Below are positions 58,001 through 64,000 of a stretch of DNA of 64,000 nucleotides, in pieces (within the stretch, counting starts at the first letter, position 1; every line of letters begins with the position of its first letter). Made by a program: the position numbers and the translations under genes. Origin of the DNA: Balanoglossus misakiensis (Eukaryota; Animalia; Hemichordata); assembly GCA_040954595.2 (NCBI GenBank), contig CM082585.2, positions 7,279,808 through 7,343,807 on the forward strand. The letters are read 5' to 3'. The notes beneath the pieces were generated by a model. That model was not told the DNA's origin, did no database searches, and saw only the letters and a list, made by a program, of their open reading frames with translations.

Positions 58001-61000
58001 GTTGTCAGTTGCGAAGTGAGTGTCGATCGTGAGGTTGTCGAAAAGAAGAGTGACATACTTGATGTGGTTCTTCTCTATAGAAGCTGTTCATTCAAAAGGG
58101 ACTGTGTGTGTACATGTATGTCAGCAATGCCGCGCACACAAAGGGCATTTAATCGCACTTCATGCTCTAAAACCAAACACAGGAATTTGAAAAAGAGCGT
58201 ATGCGTGTCCAGCGTTCATTCTTGTGTCGGAGTGAGTGGCTTTTGTTCGCCTCGAAAGTGATTTCTTCCAACAATGACATGCTTCCCGCAAACTACGCCC
58301 TGAGCCAGCCCCTAATTAAGTCAGTACCCGGACCTAGACTCTGAAAAGCCAAAAGGCATTTTTTTTTCTTTACAAAACGCGCTGAGATAGCATCATTGGC
58401 AGTAGTTTGGTGGCATGTCATCACTTGGATTCTGTCGATCAATGGGCAAATCCAACCGTCAGGGATAAAACCCAACCGTGATCATTAGAAGTGATTTAAT
58501 TCCATCAGTATATTGTGTGAAAACTCGTGGCATCGTGATTCAACAACACGTATCTAGCCGTTAGTTTTCCTCATGTTCAGCCGGAATGCAAAACAAAAAA
58601 ATCATCCATCAGGTGCTGACTGTCTTCCGGGGACTCTTTTTCCCTGGTTGAAATATTTAGCAGCGTCGGCTGATTGGGGAAAAGTCCATTTCCCTTCCTT
58701 TCTGCAAATGTCAACACTTGGAGAAGGGACTATGTAAGCCCATCATTATAGAAAGATTAAACGTACAATTGGTTTGACAAGAAAGCTGATGTGCTACACT
58801 TGTCTGTGGGACGCCTTTTGTGGATATTGGCCAGCGTAATCCTATGGAGTGGCGACTAATAATTGAAAACACGTGGGTGATTGCGGTGGAATTATGCGAC
58901 TCTGGAACAGGTGGAGGAAGTGGGACAGTGTCGGAATGAATAACCGCTCTCTCTCTGTGCTGTGTTTCTATACAGTGCGCCTGATTTAAAATCTGCCCAG
59001 GTCTGTGGTGTTCCTTCCCCCGCTTTGCAGCCGCAGCACAAGCACAAAGCGCCGCTGTGACTATTTCGGGATTTAATCACTCGTGCGGTGGGATTTAAGT
59101 TCCTAATTGGATTCCGGGATTTTTTTTTGGCTGTGTGGAAATCTGAATGCCTGGTGGAATATGAAAGTGTTGATCTTCTAGTTAGACTTGGTTCCGCATT
59201 GTGACTTTGTGACATGACATTTTTTATACTTCTTCAGAGTTTGAGAAGTGTTTCGTCACCTTTGGAATTTATCATGCTTTAATAGTCTATTCAGTCAGAT
59301 GATAAAGTCAGATGTTTTGCTCTAGAAATGTAGGTCTATCAGGCAGAAACAGTATTGGTTGAATTTATCTGAAGAAATCAACAAAACTCTGTCAACTGAG
59401 GTATTAGATGAACTTTGGTGTAAGCAAAATTCATGCATATGGGATGCAAGAACGTGAAACATTTGGTAGTTTTCAGTTTCTGTTTATATCATTTGCAATG
59501 TTTACAACAATGGGATATCTACCACACTGAAAGGTTAATGAGTGTAACTATTAATGAGAACCCCTCCCCCATCATCAAGTGTTTGTTTTCATAGTGTTTG
59601 GGCAAGTTGTTATCCTCATTTTCTGAAGTGGCTGTCCTTGCTAATTTGTGAGAACATTGGATGTTTACGGAGTGATCACTGTGGTTGATTTCTTATCTCA
59701 GTACCTGACTTCAGGATGTTTACAGGTTGTTTATTACTCTGCAGTGCTAACCTTGTAGGGATGTCTGGTGCTTTCCTGTTTTTTTAAAAATATACCTTTT
59801 ATGTTGGGAAATGTGACCATGGAAAGTTGAGATCTAGCCAATCAGAGAGTTTTTTTAATATCTACATAAGAGGTGATTGTATTCTTAATAACTGTTGAAG
59901 AAGGACCTGAAGATGGGTCATAGAATAAAAAAATGTCAAAAAATTATCAAAAGTTGCCGTTAATAAACTAACTCTTATAAAATTAGGTCAAATAAGATAG
60001 GACCCAAGTTATTTTGGAATATGTGGAGTGTTTGTCAACTGTTTGGGAATAACGGAAAAAAATAGATTTGTATTGATGTTTGCCTTGAGTAGATCATTTA
60101 GAATTAATGTCTTTTTGAAAGTAAAATATTATTGATTTGCTTCACAGTGAAGATGATTGTGAATTTACTCGACTGTGTATCAGTCAGACATTTGATATCA
60201 GTCTGGAGGCAGTGAGAAATCATGCATTTTTAACTTCTAACCAGCCAGATAATATTAAAACCGTTCGGTGCTTGTTTTTTGCTATCTCTCGCCACTGCAT
60301 ATTAAAGCAGATGGCATTTAAAAAGTCGTTTTCCTTTGATCGACTCAGTGCAATTGAGAACTCCGGGTAATGCCACTGGCTGTCACTATTCATTGCAGGA
60401 AGGAGACGGCAATCGCCACTCTGCTCTCCACGAGGTGAGGCTTTAATGGAACGCGCACCGCCTCAATCCCCTAGATCAATATTTTGGTAACTTCTCACAC
60501 CGAGTGCCGCGCCCCGACAGAATGACAAACAGAGATTTTTAATAATTCCGACTGTAATGGTCAGGGGGGAGGGGGTGGATCCTCGGAAATAAGCGACGCG
60601 ATACTCGACTCGATCAATCCACCAATCAAGTCGCTGCTTAGTCATCACTGGCTTCTATGCAGACTAATCATCGATTGCAACTAAACGTTCCATCGCTATT
60701 TACTCATCGTGGCCTATCATCTTTCTAACTATTAATAATCAATCCCCCGAAACACTTCCATGAATGAAAGCCGACCTTCACATCCCAGTCACGCAGTGTT
60801 ATCGATATCGGCGGAAAATCATAATAAAAGTCTTTCGGAGTCTGGCACGTGTGTGGTATCATCTCCATTGTTAAAATATTGTCTGTTTATTGTTCAGGAG
60901 TCTGCGTAATCAAGGTAATATTGTCATGACGTTATCGTCACACGTCACAATCCTATCTACAATACTGAGTACAGTCAAGATTTGTGCATTCCAATCATTC

Positions 61001-64000
61001 TCCTAATCTTTGCTTTGTGTATAAAAAATGGTATCATTACTCATAGCTACTTGAATAACAAAATCATGGGCCATTTAAAAAAACAGTCGTATATTCACTT
61101 GATTGCGAGTAATTCATCATTGTAACACACTCGTTATCTCATACGCGCAACAGCCATTATTTTCAAATCCACGGCTGGCATTTCTAATTCTTTTCTATAT
61201 TAGTGTATTGCAGTCTAACTGATAGTATCTTTGTTTTTGTTTTTTTAAAGCTCGCCAATGCAAAGCAACCTCGTAATTTTACGTCAGTGCGGAAAACTTC
61301 CTGAGGCGTACTCTTTTCCTGACCTTGTTGATTTTTTTATTGCAAAAATAATCAATCTCAACTTTTCGCTGTCTTTTCTTGTACATGTAGCTCAACTACT
61401 TATTCATGTTGGACTATGCCTTCTTTAAATACAAGCCCCATGTGCTTGTCTGAATGAGACATTACAAACTTAGTTATTAAAGGTTGTGCTAAATATGGAA
61501 ACTCTGAAAGCTAAGTTTCACTTTTATGTAAGATTTTGTTTCTTGATACGACTTCTATCAGCAAATCTAGTCTTTGGTGGAAAAAAAATCATCTTCTAAA
61601 ATTTCTGTTTTAAACTCCCTGCCAATTCCATAGGGAGACTTTAATTGATGTAGAAATCTTTGTCATATCTTGAGACACGTCATAATCAAATTAGAGCATC
61701 TCACCAATTTGATTGAGGTCCTCATGTATGAATGTCAAAGACCAAAAAAGGAAAATGTTATCGATCTGATTGGCATCATCAGTAAAACTTGAAGTGAACC
61801 ACATTAAGGTTTAGTAGCTGCTGCTAGTAGAGCCATTAAGTCATTGATATATATTTGGGATATTTGCAAGAATCCTGGCTGTGTATTAAGTTAATCGGAT
61901 ATATGCAGCGAGGTGTGTTGTAATGTTGAGTTTATAGAATTTGTATTTTAAGTCAAGCTGGTACCCAGCTTTCTGGTCAAGCTAACAAAACAGGCAAATT
62001 CAGAACCGTGCTGGGTAAAAATCTCAGCACATGTTGTAATTTAATGCATTTTGAAATTGGGAAAGATTGTAGATTATCACTGGTGTGAATTCTCCATTGG
62101 AGAATGCCTGTTAGCATAACGAAATGCAAAGTTGGTGTTGTTTTTACACATATCGTATGTGGCCTTTATTTTTCACTCAATCTGTCTTTGCAGAAACAGG
62201 GGGCACATCAGATAAAGCGAAGCGAAATGTTTGGCATTTTACAACTTCCAATAAAAAAATTCATTGATCATAAATATGGTATTTAGCCTGATGGTGGTTG
62301 AAGATAGTGGAAATTGAAGTAGGGATAGTAGATTTATTTAGAGGTTATGGCTAGTCATCCGAGGTTATGACAATAAGTAGTAAAGACCAGAAGAGAGGGG
62401 TTCTGACTGTTCTTGATGATAAATCAAGTTTCTTTCAGAAAGCCTGCTGTCGTGAGACGTGAGACGTTACGACCACAGATCATGGTGTCAAAGGGAAAGT
62501 TGATGGTAAAAATATTTGACAATTAAGATGTGCTTGGACTGAACTAGGTCTGGTGGTATTGCGTTGTAAGGGTCAGACCACACTGACTGATCTGAGACGG
62601 TGTGATTGGTTGATGGAATTCATGATTGGTGGAGGGTGATTTGCAGCGAAGTTTTTGTTGCCTTTTCAAATATTTAGCAGAGAGATTGAATCAGAGCCCG
62701 GCTTACATGTATTTCATAAGATGTCTGATTGGCATGCGTGGTACTGGACTGATAGCATTTTGATGCTACATGTATATCTTCCAGTTTTTGTGTCTCTGTA
62801 TATGCCCAGGACTGTGGCACAATATCGCACTTGTAACTTTTTTACCACCACACCCCCTTTTGTTTCTGTTTAGGTCCAACTTTGCTATAGAACCTACTGG
62901 ATTTAGACCGAACTACTTCGGTGAAAGGGGGATAATGAGAATAGAATGTGCGTATTGTGGTTGCATTTATGCACACAGTCTTGTAACATCATTGGCATCT
63001 TCCGCCCATAGAACACAGCAGTGATGTCTCCTCATCACATTATTCCATACTTGTTGGCTAGCTTTTCTAACTAAGTACTAACATCTTCGAGTTGACATAA
63101 GGTCAGCAGAAAGGCAGCTTTGACAATTTCTTGCTTGCAGGGGAGATGTCAAAGGTCAACAATCCCCGAGTCCAAGCAGAGTCTGTCATGGGGGCCTCAT
63201 AATTGAACAATCTCGCTCGTCACAGAGACGACTGGTTACATAAATGTCACCGTGATTTGCGATTTGGGTGTTTAAAAATCTCTAGACTAATCAACAGTTA
63301 AGATCCTCCGAGGTTGATAATTTTATCAACAGATGCTTCCCAGGGCTGATAATTTTATTGTGTGATGTTGTTTCCAATCGTGGCCAGTTGTTGATGCGTA
63401 GGGATAAATCATTTTCAATCAATATGTGGACTGATGCCAACAACTTGAATTCTCTGATCTTATTCTCTATAAAATCAAAAATATTACCTTATAATGGAAA
63501 CAGTAACTGCTTTTAAGACTGACCCACAGCAATAAAAAAGAAAATTTATATGCAAGATGCGTTGGTCTTCTACTGTTTCTGAAAGACTCATTACTGTATG
63601 GACAGTAATTCACTATTTCTCCGGACGCATTTTTGAGTCTAGTGCACGGTATCCAAAATTTATGACTTTTTCAAAACATTTCTGACTGACGCTATTTTCA
63701 AAGTGGTTTGCTCTGAATGGAAACCAAGAGAGGTTGCCTCTGACGACTACAGTACAAGTCATCCCATCTGGATTAATATTTCAAACCTGTTTGTTGCATA
63801 TTGCACTATCTATTAATAACGGTGGCTCTCGCGAGGCCGTACAACAATGCAATGCACTTTCCTAGGGTCAACCAGAACACTGAACATTTTGCCATCTCTT
63901 GTATCAAACAGGATATTAACTTCGAAATACCCAACAGAGTCTTTTCAGGAGAATTCTGGAGGGGAGACAAACAATCTGCTTTTAATTGTAAATATTTCCG

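Larger units (their letters stand above)
13488..64000 (+). other. PSMD1: Giant PSMD1 intron 17 (>50 kb, 3' end outside the window) hosting two antisense GPCR genes
   Basis: Rpn2 is incomplete at LFR. The expected next exon ([21 protein letters not shown]-like) was not seen anywhere downstream in the window. Confidence 0.8.

Noticed and set aside
63860-63900. accagaacactgaac as the start of the next PSMD1 exon
   Set aside because: It translates as RTLNI.., not RTPEQCP.., and has no pyrimidine tract.
13488-64000. Recursive-splicing (AG|GT) sites in the giant intron
   Set aside because: Only weak candidates were seen (e.g. near 45288 and 46612), none with both a strong pyrimidine tract and a GTRAG donor.

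Overview
Eukaryotic (metazoan) genomic DNA, most plausibly an invertebrate deuterostome. The left end carries an intronless minus-strand TRIM-NHL E3 ligase CDS (29-1924). It lies head-to-head with the 26S proteasome subunit gene PSMD1/Rpn2 on the plus strand. Seventeen GT-AG exons of PSMD1 can be spliced by hand from the ATG at 7226 to 13487 (1928 nt, frame intact). The gene then enters one giant intron of more than 50 kb that runs off the window. Two tandem two-coding-exon 5-HT2-family aminergic GPCR genes are nested antisense inside that intron: a canonical one (40372-27959, 493 aa) and a divergent one (17455-14670, 697 aa). The divergent copy has a very long ICL3, an altered TM5 pocket, Y5.58H and a tandemly duplicated splice acceptor. 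This mirrors vertebrate HTR2B nested antisense in PSMD1, apparently at the same intron position. The remainder is non-coding, with microsatellites, TTAA- and TA-type MITEs, a foldback element, a perfect Maf site and a probable degraded retroelement fragment.
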